Numbered from the stretch's first letter, positions 1-9,854 are shown. The stretch is DNA of 64,000 bases from Fervidobacterium sp. (GCA_049970055.1 JBMFNR010000001.1:288001-352000), one strand, 5' to 3'. Made by a program: numbers and translations. Notes: generated from the letters alone by a model not told the origin.

Positions 1-352
1 ATGCACATTTTGCAGGACATCCTACTTGCGTTGAAATGCATGCAGTTACCCTATCTGGGTGGAACAAAAGGACAGATTCGATCGTGTTATTGTCTTCAAG
101 TTTCCAAAGGAATTTTGTTGTTTTATCGATCTGTGAAACTTGCACATCTATTAATTCTGGGATGTATATGTAAAACTTTTCAGATAGTGTTTTTCTCTGC
201 TCTTTGGAGAGATTTGTCATCTGTTCAAAATCAAAGATTCTCTTTTTGTAAATCCAATCCCAAACTTGATCAACTCTGAATTTTTCTAAACCGATTTCCG
301 AAAATACTTCCACTAGTTCTTCGTAACTGAAATCAAGTAAATTTCTGCGCAC
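1..352 (-). CDS. rlmN: 23S rRNA m2A2503 / tRNA methyltransferase RlmN, N-terminal part (runs off window edge)
   Basis: Manual translation from GTG at 352 (GGAGG RBS upstream): MRRNLLDFSYEEL...FRVDQVWDWIY...MTNLSK...TTKFLWKLEDNNTIESVLL...TACISTQVGCPAKCA; CISTQVGC is the RlmN signature. Missing from ORF track. Confidence 0.93.
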   Translation of the reverse strand, partial: MRRNLLDFSYEELVEVFSEIGLEKFRVDQVWDWIYKKRIFDFEQMTNLSKEQRKTLSEKFYIYIPELIDVQVSQIDKTTKFLWKLEDNNTIESVLLFHPDRVTACISTQVGCPAKCA

Positions 353-379
353 AACTTGCACCTCCAATGATTTATCAAG

Positions 380-1144
380 TCACATGTGAAACGCACAACA
401 TCCGGAAAGAACGTAATTCTTATTCACAGGTTTAACGATAAAATTAGCGTAGTTTGCTACAATTTCTTGCAATTTCTGTCTGTATTCACCTTTTGGTTGC
501 ATACACCCTAATGTTACACTTTCGAAACTTTTCGAAGCCAATTCAAATACCAGTTCCACGTCACCGATATCTGGTGGATTACAATTTTCGTATTTCGTAT
601 TTTTAGTAGGGACAAAGACGTTCAAAACGATTGAATCAAAATGTTCTGACAACATTTCAATTGCCTTTGGCTCATGAGTAATTTTACCGCAAATCACACC
701 GATAGTTACATGTGGTACTTTCTTAACCTTTAGAGGGCAAACAGAATTCAAAATCTGCTCCGCGGTTCTCTCTATTCCGTAAAGCTCTCTAAGCACCTGT
801 CTATCTGCGAAAAAGTCAAAACTGATAACATCTGCAACATTTTCAAGTTCTAATGGTGGATTGATCGGGAAACCAATGTGAAAATTATACTTTAGCTCAT
901 ACTTTTCTTTTAGATCTCTGAGCTTTCCAAGGTAGGGTTTGAATGGTATCTCTCCATTGGGAAACATACCACCACTGATTAGGAAAGATTTGTACTTATC
1001 CACGTACTTTTCAATATCATCAACATGAATCATGTGAGTAATGTAATGACCACCGCAGTGACTACAGTTCATCGAGCACGATTTTGTGACAGAGATCGGT
1101 AATGTACCTGAGGGATCTATGCCTACTATCTTACCACTTATCAC
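380..1144 (-). CDS. Radical SAM protein, LipS1-like (biotin synthase-related)
   Basis: CSMNCSHC (CX3CX2C), LISGG, VPHVTIG, LGCMQP and C-terminal GCC motifs. Confidence 0.75.
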   Translation of the reverse strand: MISGKIVGIDPSGTLPISVTKSCSMNCSHCGGHYITHMIHVDDIEKYVDKYKSFLISGGMFPNGEIPFKPYLGKLRDLKEKYELKYNFHIGFPINPPLELENVADVISFDFFADRQVLRELYGIERTAEQILNSVCPLKVKKVPHVTIGVICGKITHEPKAIEMLSEHFDSIVLNVFVPTKNTKYENCNPPDIGDVELVFELASKSFESVTLGCMQPKGEYRQKLQEIVANYANFIVKPVNKNYVLSGCCAFHM

Positions 1145-2025
1145 TTTTTACATCTCCAATCCAACGGGAATGTTGTAACTCTTTCTTTTTCATCAAGTTG
1201 CATCCAGCCGTCCAAGCCAAGAGCAATTAATTTTTCTAGGGCATTTTCGTACTCTTCTTTACTGATTTTTCTACCGATCAGTGGATCACCTTTTGCTCCA
1301 AAGTGCGGTATGTATTGAGACATCAGAGCAATAGGGATGTTTTTATCAAGGTTTGCGATAAATTCGAGTGCTTTATTGTGTCCACTTACATTGTTAGGTA
1401 AAACTAATATCCTGACGATCAATCCTCTCATCGTGTCTTCATTAAAAGGGCCTACTTGTTTGTACATCTCGACTATTGCATCTTGAGCAATGTTCCAGTA
1501 ATCTGGTACCTTTGAATACCTCTGACCATATTCATTTTCTGTGTAACGTATGTCGGCCAAATATATATCAACGTATCCTTCAAGTTCTTTTAGCACTTCC
1601 ACTCTTTCATAACTTGAAGTATTGTAAACTACTGGTAAATTGAAGCCATTTTTCTTTGCAATATCCAACGCTTTCACAATCCAAGGTACGTGTGGTGTTG
1701 GCGTTACTAAATCGAGTGTTTTTGCATCATTTTCTTTGACCTTCAGAAACGCACACGCAAGTTCTTCAACGTCGATTTCAAATCCAACACCTTTTTGGGA
1801 AAATCCCATGTTTTGACAATAGATACACTTCATAGGGCATCCTGAGAAAAAGACAGCACCCGCGCCTTTATCACCGGAGAGGGGGGGCTCTTCACCTTTG
1901 TGAAGAACGATATTAGATATCTTTGGAAGATAGCCTACACCACATACACCTATATGCCTTCTTCTATCTATTTTACACATCCTTGGACATAGCGTACACT
2001 CGTCTAACATCTCTATGGTAATCAC
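1141..2025 (-). CDS. Radical SAM protein, PflX-like (pyruvate formate-lyase activating enzyme-related)
   Basis: N-terminal CTLCPRMC, HKGEEPPLSG, FFSGCPMKCIYCQN, PVVYNTSSYE, LMSQYIP; likely GTG start at 2025 after GGGGGA. Confidence 0.85.
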   Translation of the reverse strand: MITIEMLDECTLCPRMCKIDRRRHIGVCGVGYLPKISNIVLHKGEEPPLSGDKGAGAVFFSGCPMKCIYCQNMGFSQKGVGFEIDVEELACAFLKVKENDAKTLDLVTPTPHVPWIVKALDIAKKNGFNLPVVYNTSSYERVEVLKELEGYVDIYLADIRYTENEYGQRYSKVPDYWNIAQDAIVEMYKQVGPFNEDTMRGLIVRILVLPNNVSGHNKALEFIANLDKNIPIALMSQYIPHFGAKGDPLIGRKISKEEYENALEKLIALGLDGWMQLDEKERVTTFPLDWRCKK

Positions 2026-2204
2026 AAAAATTCCCCCGATCACTTAGTTTATCGATTTTATTATACCATTTTCTGGAAATTTGTGGTTTAACCTATGTAT
2101 ACATTAGATTGCAGCTGGAGAAACTTTTTTATATTTGTTGTTTGCGCTGCAAAGTGTGATATAATTACAATTAGCTAGAAAAAACGAATGGAGGTGCTTT
2201 GGAA

Positions 2205-3230
2205 ATGGCAAAGTCTGGAAATTTAACAGATCTAGTAAAGAGACTTACAATGGCGAGAAGCCCAAGTGGAAGAGAATCTGAAATCACAGGTGTTATCCTC
2301 GAGGAATTGGAAGGATACGTCGATGGCTACAAGATAGACAAGGTTGGAAATTTAATCGTGTGGAAGAGTGGCAAGACAGACAAAAAGATACTACTCGATG
2401 CGCACATGGACGAGATAGGTGTTGTGGTAACAAACATTGATGACAATGGTTTTTTAAAGATAGACAGAGTTGGTGGTGTCTCGCCATACACGATTTATCA
2501 AAATCGTATCAAGTTCGGTGATGTCATCGGTATAGTCGGAATCGAAGGTGAAACAGCAGATGAACTCCAAAACAATATTCAGAAAATGTCTTTTGAGAAG
2601 TTATTCGTTGATATCGGTGCAAAGTCGAGGCAAGAAGCGGAAAAAATGTGTCCAATTGGTACATTCGGTACATTTGACAGCTATTTTTACGAGCAAGGGG
2701 ATTACATGGTAAGTAAATCAATGGATGATAGGATAGGCTGCGCTGTTATTATAGAAGTATTCAGAAGGCTTTCTTCACCCAGTAACACAATCTACGGTGT
2801 TTTCGCAGTACAAGAAGAAGTAGGTTTAATAGGTGCGCATGTTGCTGGATACGATATCAATCCTGATGTTGCTATAGCAATAGATGTGACAGCCGTAGGA
2901 GATACTCCGAAAGGCATGAAGAGAATACCGATGGAACTCGGCAAAGGTGCATGTATAAAAGTCAAGGATATGGCATCTATTAGCAATAGACACATAGTGG
3001 ATGAACTAAAAGAAGTAGCACAAAGACATAATATACCGCATCAGATGGAAGTACTCATATTTGGTGGTACAGATGCAGCAGGTTACCAAGCAACGAAATC
3101 TGGCATCCCAAGTGCTACAATCTCGATTCCAACAAGGTACATCCACACACCAAGTGAAATGGTCTACCAACCCGATGTGGAAGCAGCAATACAGCTAACG
3201 ATAAGATACTGCGAAGAGGGGCTTGAGTAA
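2205..3230 (+). CDS. M42 family metallo-aminopeptidase
   Basis: SPSGRE, DAHMDEIG, MDDRIGC, VQEEVGL, GGTDA, RYIHTPSE motifs; GGAGG RBS. Confidence 0.93.
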   Translation: MAKSGNLTDLVKRLTMARSPSGRESEITGVILEELEGYVDGYKIDKVGNLIVWKSGKTDKKILLDAHMDEIGVVVTNIDDNGFLKIDRVGGVSPYTIYQNRIKFGDVIGIVGIEGETADELQNNIQKMSFEKLFVDIGAKSRQEAEKMCPIGTFGTFDSYFYEQGDYMVSKSMDDRIGCAVIIEVFRRLSSPSNTIYGVFAVQEEVGLIGAHVAGYDINPDVAIAIDVTAVGDTPKGMKRIPMELGKGACIKVKDMASISNRHIVDELKEVAQRHNIPHQMEVLIFGGTDAAGYQATKSGIPSATISIPTRYIHTPSEMVYQPDVEAAIQLTIRYCEEGLE

Positions 3231-3232
3231 AT

Positions 3233-4216
3233 GTGAAGAGGCGTACACCAATTAGTTCAAGGAAATGGCGTGAAATCACAGACTTTGACTTGAAAGTTCT
3301 CTCGATCGTCATAATTGCTCTTAGTTTATCCACCATAACGCTTGCTTTGTATACGTTTTATCTCAAACTCCAAAAATCACAGGTGGATGTTGTTGTGCGT
3401 GAAATAACACCTCAAGAAAGTAAGGCAGTGGAAAAAATTACTAAGACTGCTACTCAAACGACAATAATTTTGGAAAGCACTCCGGAAACGCTTACTATGC
3501 TAAATTCAACGAATACGTTAAATACGTCAAGCGAAAGGGCCTTAGCTGTGGATGAAAATGGGCTTAAAACTGATCAAAAAAGCATAAACAACGAAACACA
3601 AATAAGAATTCTTTCACAATCTGACAAAAACCAGGCTGGCCAAGAGCAGGAAACAACATCAACAAGAGTATCTGTACAAGTAACGCAGCAAGCTACGCAA
3701 AACGCATCTATTACATCTACTATATCCACTACACAAAGTGAAAATAAATATCTAAAAGATTTAACAAAGTTTGATTACAATATATTGGTTTCTCGTATGG
3801 CTGAAAACCTACCGGCGCGTGCTTTAAACGAGGTATATGTATACGTAGTAGACAGTGAAAATGCGCTAAGGTTAGCAAAATCTACACAAAATTACGTTAT
3901 AGATCAAGCAGGCAGCGGGAAGTACCTTGTATTAACAATTGATAACATATTGCCAGATTTAAAACCAGTCAATAGAGTATACACAGTAATTACGGAACCT
4001 ACGAGAGATTCAAAAGAAGCATTCAAGTCCGTTGTGAATTTCCGTACATTTGGAATTAGTGCTTTCACCATAAGCACAAGTAATGGATATGTTGTCTGTA
4101 TGGGACTTTTCACTTCTGAGAGTGTAGCTAAGAACTTTTATTATTCCCAGGACTGGATGGAACTTTCAAAATACGGCTATGTGAAAGGTGCAAAAGTTAC
4201 AAAGATTGGAGGATAA
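3233..4216 (+). CDS. Membrane-anchored hypothetical protein with T/S/Q-rich linker and possible SPOR-like C-terminal domain
   Basis: 327-aa ORF; single hydrophobic segment at about aa 22-44; low-complexity linker; C-terminal YVVCMGLFTSESVAK resembles SPOR strands. Confidence 0.6.
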   Translation: MKRRTPISSRKWREITDFDLKVLSIVIIALSLSTITLALYTFYLKLQKSQVDVVVREITPQESKAVEKITKTATQTTIILESTPETLTMLNSTNTLNTSSERALAVDENGLKTDQKSINNETQIRILSQSDKNQAGQEQETTSTRVSVQVTQQATQNASITSTISTTQSENKYLKDLTKFDYNILVSRMAENLPARALNEVYVYVVDSENALRLAKSTQNYVIDQAGSGKYLVLTIDNILPDLKPVNRVYTVITEPTRDSKEAFKSVVNFRTFGISAFTISTSNGYVVCMGLFTSESVAKNFYYSQDWMELSKYGYVKGAKVTKIGG

Positions 4217-4267
4217 TTGATCTGATTGGTGTAACTAGTTTATTTGCAATGTATTTGGGGGGATAGG

Positions 4268-4954
4268 GTGGGCTTTCTTAGAAAAATATTTGAGAAAGTC
4301 AAAGAGGAGAAATATTTTTTCTTGCTTTTTGCTTTATTGGTGGTACTTACGAGTGCTTTGTATAGACCGTTGCAGTATGTCCAAAATTTTTCTCAAGTAA
4401 GTCAAAGCAGTAATCAAGGTGAAAAGTCGAGCCAAAAAAGAAATTACGAATCACCGATTGTTGATATAAACACGGCAAGTATAGAAACACTCCAAACACT
4501 TCCCGGTATAGGGCCTTCTAAAGCGAAGGCGATAATCGATAGCAGAAGCAAAAAACCTTTCACAAAGCCTGAAGATTTGAAGAATGTGCCTGGCATAGGT
4601 GACAAAACTTACGAGAAACTGAAAGATAGAATCAAAGTAACCGTGAACTTAGTGAATGCGGCACAAAACACTGATGGTAAGCAAATACAACAAATGCAAT
4701 GCAACACAACTATTGATGCAGATCGAGGCCAACTAGCCGAAGAACAAAAAATCGAAAAGATTAACATTAATACAGCAAACGAGGAGGAACTTCAAACACT
4801 TCCAGGAATTGGTCCCGCGAAAGCTCAGGCAATCATTGATTATCGAAAAAATTCAGGCGGATTCAAATCAATCGAAGAGTTAAAAAACGTCAAAGGTATC
4901 GGTGAAAAAACTTATGAAAAATTGAAAAACTTAATTACAATCAACGGTAATTAA
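4268..4954 (+). CDS. comEA: ComEA family DNA-binding competence protein with two tandem HhH domains
   Basis: Two copies of (V/I)(D/N)INTA..E.LQTLPGIGP.KA.AIID...GIG.KTYEKLK; N-terminal TM segment. Confidence 0.9.
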   Translation: MGFLRKIFEKVKEEKYFFLLFALLVVLTSALYRPLQYVQNFSQVSQSSNQGEKSSQKRNYESPIVDINTASIETLQTLPGIGPSKAKAIIDSRSKKPFTKPEDLKNVPGIGDKTYEKLKDRIKVTVNLVNAAQNTDGKQIQQMQCNTTIDADRGQLAEEQKIEKININTANEEELQTLPGIGPAKAQAIIDYRKNSGGFKSIEELKNVKGIGEKTYEKLKNLITINGN

Positions 4955-5010
4955 ACTGGCTAAGCCGACTAATTCAACTAATTAACTGATCTAGCTGTTG
5001 TAGATGAGAT

Positions 5011-6429
5011 TTAAAAGTACAATTTTCTTACATCATCGTAAACATCAAAGAAGACTTTTACAACCGTTGGATCAAATTTAACACCTATATTTTTCCTGAT
5101 ATATTCGATTACGTCTTCTTCTTTCCATGCGGGTCGGTAAACTCTATTGGATAGCAGTGCATCATAAACATCTATCAAACTAACTATCCTTGCTTCCAAT
5201 GGAATCTCCTCACTTTTTAGTCCGTTCGGGTAGCCGCTCCCATCCCAATTTTCATGATGATTAAGTGCCACACTAGCGGCAAGTTGGAAAATTGGATGTT
5301 TAACTGTAGATAATATCTTGTAGCCAATTAAGGTATGCTCTTTCATAATTTCAAATTCTTCATTTGTTAATTGACCTGGTTTTGAAAGTATTGCATCGGG
5401 AATACCTATTTTCCCAACATCGTGCAGCATTGCAGCTATTTCAAACATGTTTACAAATTCTGAACTGTAGCCGAAAAATTGCGCCAAGAATTTCGATAAT
5501 CTTCCCATCCTTTTGACATGTTCACCTGTTTCAACAGAACGAGTTTCGGTAACTTCTGAAATGATGTAAACGATCTCGTAAAGTGTATCTATCAAATCCT
5601 GGGTTAGAAGGTGGTTTTCCACCACCAACGCAAAACGTTCGAAGAATGTTTCAACTAGTGATCGATGAAAATCATCTAAAGACTGGGAAAAGTTTACATT
5701 TATCAAAGAATATTCATTTATCTTGTTTCTAAACCTTATCCTTAATTGATTTTCAGATTCCCAATGCAAGTGTGAATTTGAATTTTGGACGTGGTTTTCG
5801 TAAGCTGTTGTTTGATGAGTAAAGCTGAGACTGTTACTAAGAATGATGGATATATTGTCCAGTGCCTCAGTCAGAAGATCTATGTACTTTATTTCTGTTA
5901 GTTTATTTGAGACCATCGATGTGTAAAAATTCAACCTTTCAAGTAATTTTCTTTGTGTTTCGATCATCGTTATGTATTTGTACTCTCTCAACTTTGCAAC
6001 TAAGAGTGTGAATAAACCGTTGCTTGAAAGTTCGGATTTTTCCCTGTAATCGTTTATATCGTATTTGAGAATGACCTCTCTTGGTGGAGCGTAACCTGGT
6101 TGACCTGTTCTAATGACAAGTCGAATCTTCGTGTTTCCTAGTTTTTCCCTGATGTAGCTTACCAAATCCAGACCTGAGTTGTCCTTTTCCATAACAACAT
6201 CGATTAGTGCAACGGCAATGTCTGGAACATTTTCAAGTATTTCCATTGCTTCATTCGAAGAATACGCACTGTAAACCTTCACTGGTTTGTTCTCAAAGAT
6301 TATATCTTTTGCTATTATTGATGTAACAGCATGTACGTCGGGTTCATCATCGACTACAAGCACTTTCCAAGGTTTGCCAAAAATATTTTTTTCTTGCCCT
6401 TTCTTCAAAAAATCTGGAGTCATAAGCAC
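5011..6429 (-). CDS. Response regulator with receiver, DUF3369-like linker and HD-GYP phosphodiesterase domain
   Basis: VLVVDDE...LIDVVME...RTGQPG receiver; ETGEHVKR, MLHDVGKIGIPD, HHENWDGSGYP, DVYDAL. Confidence 0.92.
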   Translation of the reverse strand: MLMTPDFLKKGQEKNIFGKPWKVLVVDDEPDVHAVTSIIAKDIIFENKPVKVYSAYSSNEAMEILENVPDIAVALIDVVMEKDNSGLDLVSYIREKLGNTKIRLVIRTGQPGYAPPREVILKYDINDYREKSELSSNGLFTLLVAKLREYKYITMIETQRKLLERLNFYTSMVSNKLTEIKYIDLLTEALDNISIILSNSLSFTHQTTAYENHVQNSNSHLHWESENQLRIRFRNKINEYSLINVNFSQSLDDFHRSLVETFFERFALVVENHLLTQDLIDTLYEIVYIISEVTETRSVETGEHVKRMGRLSKFLAQFFGYSSEFVNMFEIAAMLHDVGKIGIPDAILSKPGQLTNEEFEIMKEHTLIGYKILSTVKHPIFQLAASVALNHHENWDGSGYPNGLKSEEIPLEARIVSLIDVYDALLSNRVYRPAWKEEDVIEYIRKNIGVKFDPTVVKVFFDVYDDVRKLYF

Positions 6430-6451
6430 ACCTACCTTAAAAAAGATACTT

Positions 6452-7783
6452 TTACTCTTCGATGGGCACCGTTATTTTGAATTTTGTACCTCTCATCTTT
6501 TCACTTTCCAGTTCTATATCTCCTTTGAGTACATCCACCACTAACTGATAAACTATACTAAGCCCAAGCCCACTGCCAGAATACGTGTTAGTACTATAAA
6601 ATGGTTCGAATGCACGTCTTTTTGTTTCTTCATCCATTCCTTTTCCGTCATCGGAAAATTCCATAACCATAGACGAACCCACTTTTTTAAAAGTGATATT
6701 TATTGTTCCTTGGTTATCGTAATCAAAGGCATGCACAATTGCATTATCAATTAAATTCATAATTATCTGAGCCCATGCACCTGGAACGGTCTTAACTTCC
6801 AAATCATCCGGTACATCCACTTTTACATTTATCTTTGTTTTCCTAAGTTTTGGATGCATTATATTTAGGATATCTTGAACGATGCCTTTCATTTTTACCA
6901 TTGAATAGCTTTGGTTCACTTCGTTTACAACTACTTTCTTTAAACTTTGGACAAGTTCTTTTATTCTCTGAGTATTTCTAATCATAATGTTTGTTAAATC
7001 ATCGCAAATGGCAAGGCAATCTCTGAGCTCTTCCTCCGTAAGTTCGTTGTTATCCAATTGGTTCTTTACGTATGTTAGTCTGTCCCTCATATCTGTGAGT
7101 GATGAGTATATGATGCCTGTTGGTGTGTTCACATCGTGGGCTATGTTCATCATCAACTTTCCAAGTGCGGCCATTTTTTCGGAGTTAATGACTTTTTGTT
7201 GAGTTTCCTCCAATTCGGTGAGCGTACTTTCCAATTCACTGTTAATGTCGTTAAGTTCGCCGATGAGTTCGTTGAGTTTCTGGTTTTTTTGGAAATTTTT
7301 TAGCAGCAACAGAAACATAAAATAAAGTGTTGTAAAAATTAAAGATAACGTGAACAAAAATTTTGTACGTTCAAAGTACGAATATTCGAAAACAACGCGT
7401 CCGGCAAGGAAGCCCTTGTACATCATACGGTATTCTTTGAACTTTGTTCTAAGACCGAATATAGAATGAAATATTGTAATTTTCTCCTCTTTTGATACGT
7501 TTCCAAGCTCTTCACCTTTATCATCATAAACTTTGATAGATATAATCGCTTTCTTTTCAATCATTGGACTCAAAACCTTCAGAACAAGTTCTTTGTTAAG
7601 CGTCCAGGAAGGGTAAGTGAGGGATTCTGTAAAAGATTTGAATACCGTATCAAGCTCATCTTCCAATTTTTTTAAGTAGCTATTTGAAAGTAGTACAAAT
7701 GATAGAATTAAAACGCCAGCAAATATGGTGTGTACAACGTTGTAGAGATTTTTAATATTTAATATTTTTTTCATTAATCTCAC
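6452..7783 (-). CDS. Membrane sensor histidine kinase
   Basis: Two TM segments, coiled coil, SEKMAALG..IAHDVNTP H-box, NLIDNAIVHAF, DDGKGM, FEPFYST, GSGLGL. Confidence 0.93.
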   Translation of the reverse strand: MRLMKKILNIKNLYNVVHTIFAGVLILSFVLLSNSYLKKLEDELDTVFKSFTESLTYPSWTLNKELVLKVLSPMIEKKAIISIKVYDDKGEELGNVSKEEKITIFHSIFGLRTKFKEYRMMYKGFLAGRVVFEYSYFERTKFLFTLSLIFTTLYFMFLLLLKNFQKNQKLNELIGELNDINSELESTLTELEETQQKVINSEKMAALGKLMMNIAHDVNTPTGIIYSSLTDMRDRLTYVKNQLDNNELTEEELRDCLAICDDLTNIMIRNTQRIKELVQSLKKVVVNEVNQSYSMVKMKGIVQDILNIMHPKLRKTKINVKVDVPDDLEVKTVPGAWAQIIMNLIDNAIVHAFDYDNQGTINITFKKVGSSMVMEFSDDGKGMDEETKRRAFEPFYSTNTYSGSGLGLSIVYQLVVDVLKGDIELESEKMRGTKFKITVPIEE

Positions 7784-7816
7784 CTCGTAAAAAAGTATAC
7801 TGAGTCCAATAACATT

Positions 7817-9262
7817 TTACCACAAATCATTGTAATCTATTCCATACGACTTTAATATGCTTTTGTATTCATTGGTTTTTTTAAACTTTTTTAGTTCGCT
7901 TGAAAAAATCTCGGCCAAATACGCTCCGTGGTAATTTTTTGAGAACGCAAGGTAGTATATCATTTTACCATTAAAATTTTTCGAATATACCACATCTTTT
8001 TGGATTCCCAGTTCTTTTGTTAGTTCTTTTCCTACAAGTAGGTTGCAGACGAACAAATCGATACGTCCATCTTTCAATAACCTAAATCCCGTTACATCAT
8101 CTGGTACCGGTTCTTTTCTGAACGGTCCATTCCAAAACCAATCTCCGTAAGCGTATCCTACAGTATACGCACAAATAGTATCCTTTGGGATTTTATATAA
8201 TGCTGAAAGATCTATATTCTTATTTTTCATCTTCCAAAGCACATCTACGCCTGTGCTAAGCGGTTCTTTTGGATAAATCAAATACTCTTCTCTTTCCTTT
8301 GTAATTCTCAAAGACATTATTCCATCGTAAGCTCCAACCTTCATAGCTTCCAAACAGCGTTCCCATGGCAAATTTATGTAAGACACTTCAAATCCTAAAT
8401 TAGAAAAGACTGCTTTTACAGTATCTACATCTATCCCTTTCCATTTACTGTCTTTAGGGTCAAACCATTCGTAAGGTTTCCAATCAATTGACAGTACCTC
8501 AACAACATTTCCAGCAAGTACATACCCTTGAATATTGTATCTCTCCAAAATCTTTCTAATAGTATTTTTCAAATACAAGTTTTTTATAGCTTGCTCTATC
8601 TTCGTAGATAATGATTTATCTACTTTGTTGCTCAGTACTATGTAATGGTAATACTTCTCAGTGAGTGATTTAACAGCTTCGTATTTTTCAGGATTGTGAT
8701 TTATCACATAACCAAGTGAAAGTGACGAGTAAAATATCGTATCGATTTGATTCTTATCAAGAGCACTGAGTGCTTCTGGTAGATTCTTAAAATTTACAAC
8801 GTTGGTTCTACCAAACAATTTTGGCAAACGTTGTGAAGTGAGGGTCCCTTCAATTGCACCAACTTTAACGACAGGTAGTGACAAAAGCTTATCAGAAAAT
8901 CCTTTTTTCGTGATAAACATCTCTCTGAGCCCGTAGAGCGGCAAAGGTATATACTTTGCTGACTTTTCTCGTTCCTGCGAATAACCTGCGCCAACGAATA
9001 TCTGAATTTCATTCTTTTCAAGAGCGTTGAATATTTCCTTTACTGTGTATAAATTATTCGATTTATACACTATCTGTATATCGTCTTTTCTTAGCTCTTT
9101 ATTCAACTCGGATATCAGATCATTACAAAAGCCGATTACATCACTGCCAACTTTCATATACTTAGGCATTACATCTTGCGGGTATGTGTAAAGTATTGCC
9201 GCGTACGGTGAAGAAACTAGTATGAAAATCAACATGTAGAGAAAGAAAATCTTTGATTTCAT
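7817..9262 (-). CDS. Periplasmic substrate-binding protein with two tandem family-3 (PBP2) domains
   Basis: Signal peptide; two SBP_bac_3-like halves (second: WKPYE..GIDVD..LPWERCLEAMKVG.YDG..ITKERE). Confidence 0.8.
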   Translation of the reverse strand: MKSKIFFLYMLIFILVSSPYAAILYTYPQDVMPKYMKVGSDVIGFCNDLISELNKELRKDDIQIVYKSNNLYTVKEIFNALEKNEIQIFVGAGYSQEREKSAKYIPLPLYGLREMFITKKGFSDKLLSLPVVKVGAIEGTLTSQRLPKLFGRTNVVNFKNLPEALSALDKNQIDTIFYSSLSLGYVINHNPEKYEAVKSLTEKYYHYIVLSNKVDKSLSTKIEQAIKNLYLKNTIRKILERYNIQGYVLAGNVVEVLSIDWKPYEWFDPKDSKWKGIDVDTVKAVFSNLGFEVSYINLPWERCLEAMKVGAYDGIMSLRITKEREEYLIYPKEPLSTGVDVLWKMKNKNIDLSALYKIPKDTICAYTVGYAYGDWFWNGPFRKEPVPDDVTGFRLLKDGRIDLFVCNLLVGKELTKELGIQKDVVYSKNFNGKMIYYLAFSKNYHGAYLAEIFSSELKKFKKTNEYKSILKSYGIDYNDLW

Positions 9263-9266
9263 TGGA

Positions 9267-9625
9267 TCACCCTCTTTCCTTTACTCTATCATTAATCCAG
9301 CGAAAAATCCAACTTCGAAATCTCAGCACCATGACAACGATACTCAACAAAAAGGTAACAAAAAAAGCACCAGAAATGTCGATTATAACATCGTTAAGTG
9401 GAGAACTTCAATTGTAAAAAAGCTGGTTGTACTCATCAAGCACAGCAATAAATGCAGTAAGAAAAGTGCCAACAATTACAGAAATAATCCCGTCTTTCTT
9501 CCATAAAAAATAAGCATGGTTGAGATACTTCCCAAGACGGAGTATAAACCAAAATGTGCACTTATTCTAATAAACATTTCTGCCGGTACACTTGTGATAT
9601 TGAACCAAACATTAAACAAATCCAT
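9267..9625 (-). pseudogene. VanZ-family membrane protein pseudogene (frameshift plus internal stop)
   Basis: MDLFNVW...FIRISAHFGLYSVLG, then frameshift near the T6 run (~9505-9510) to ...AFIAVLDEYNQLFYN*SSPLNDVIIDISGA; VanZ motifs (K/R..H...Y..LG; DE..Q....R....D...D..G). Confidence 0.75.
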
Positions 9626-9842
9626 CACCACTTTATGGGGTTGTTAATATTATTATACTACTTAAATTATAGATTGAGAAAGTACATCTCGATAATAAAT
9701 ATAAAAAATCCCACAGGAAAATCCAAAAAAGATCAGAAAGTTTAGAAAAAATTATGTAATTAATTTTACAGCCTAAATTTTACTATTCTAACGGCTTCAT
9801 TCTATCCAATGTTGTATGGTAAAATGAAGGGAAAAGAATGAC

Positions 9843-9854
9843 GGTAACGTTACC
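9843..9854. promoter_or_regulatory. Perfect palindrome GGTAACGTTACC, LacI-family-like operator
   Basis: 12-bp palindrome with central CG, ~45 bp upstream of the lipoprotein hydrolase start. Confidence 0.5.

Noticed and set aside
1..279. 92-aa plus-strand ORF
   Set aside because: Shadow of rlmN on the minus strand.
9405..9412. In-frame TGA as selenocysteine or readthrough in the VanZ-like frame
   Set aside because: Position corresponds to Arg rather than Cys, no SECIS-like hairpin is evident, and a second lesion is present.
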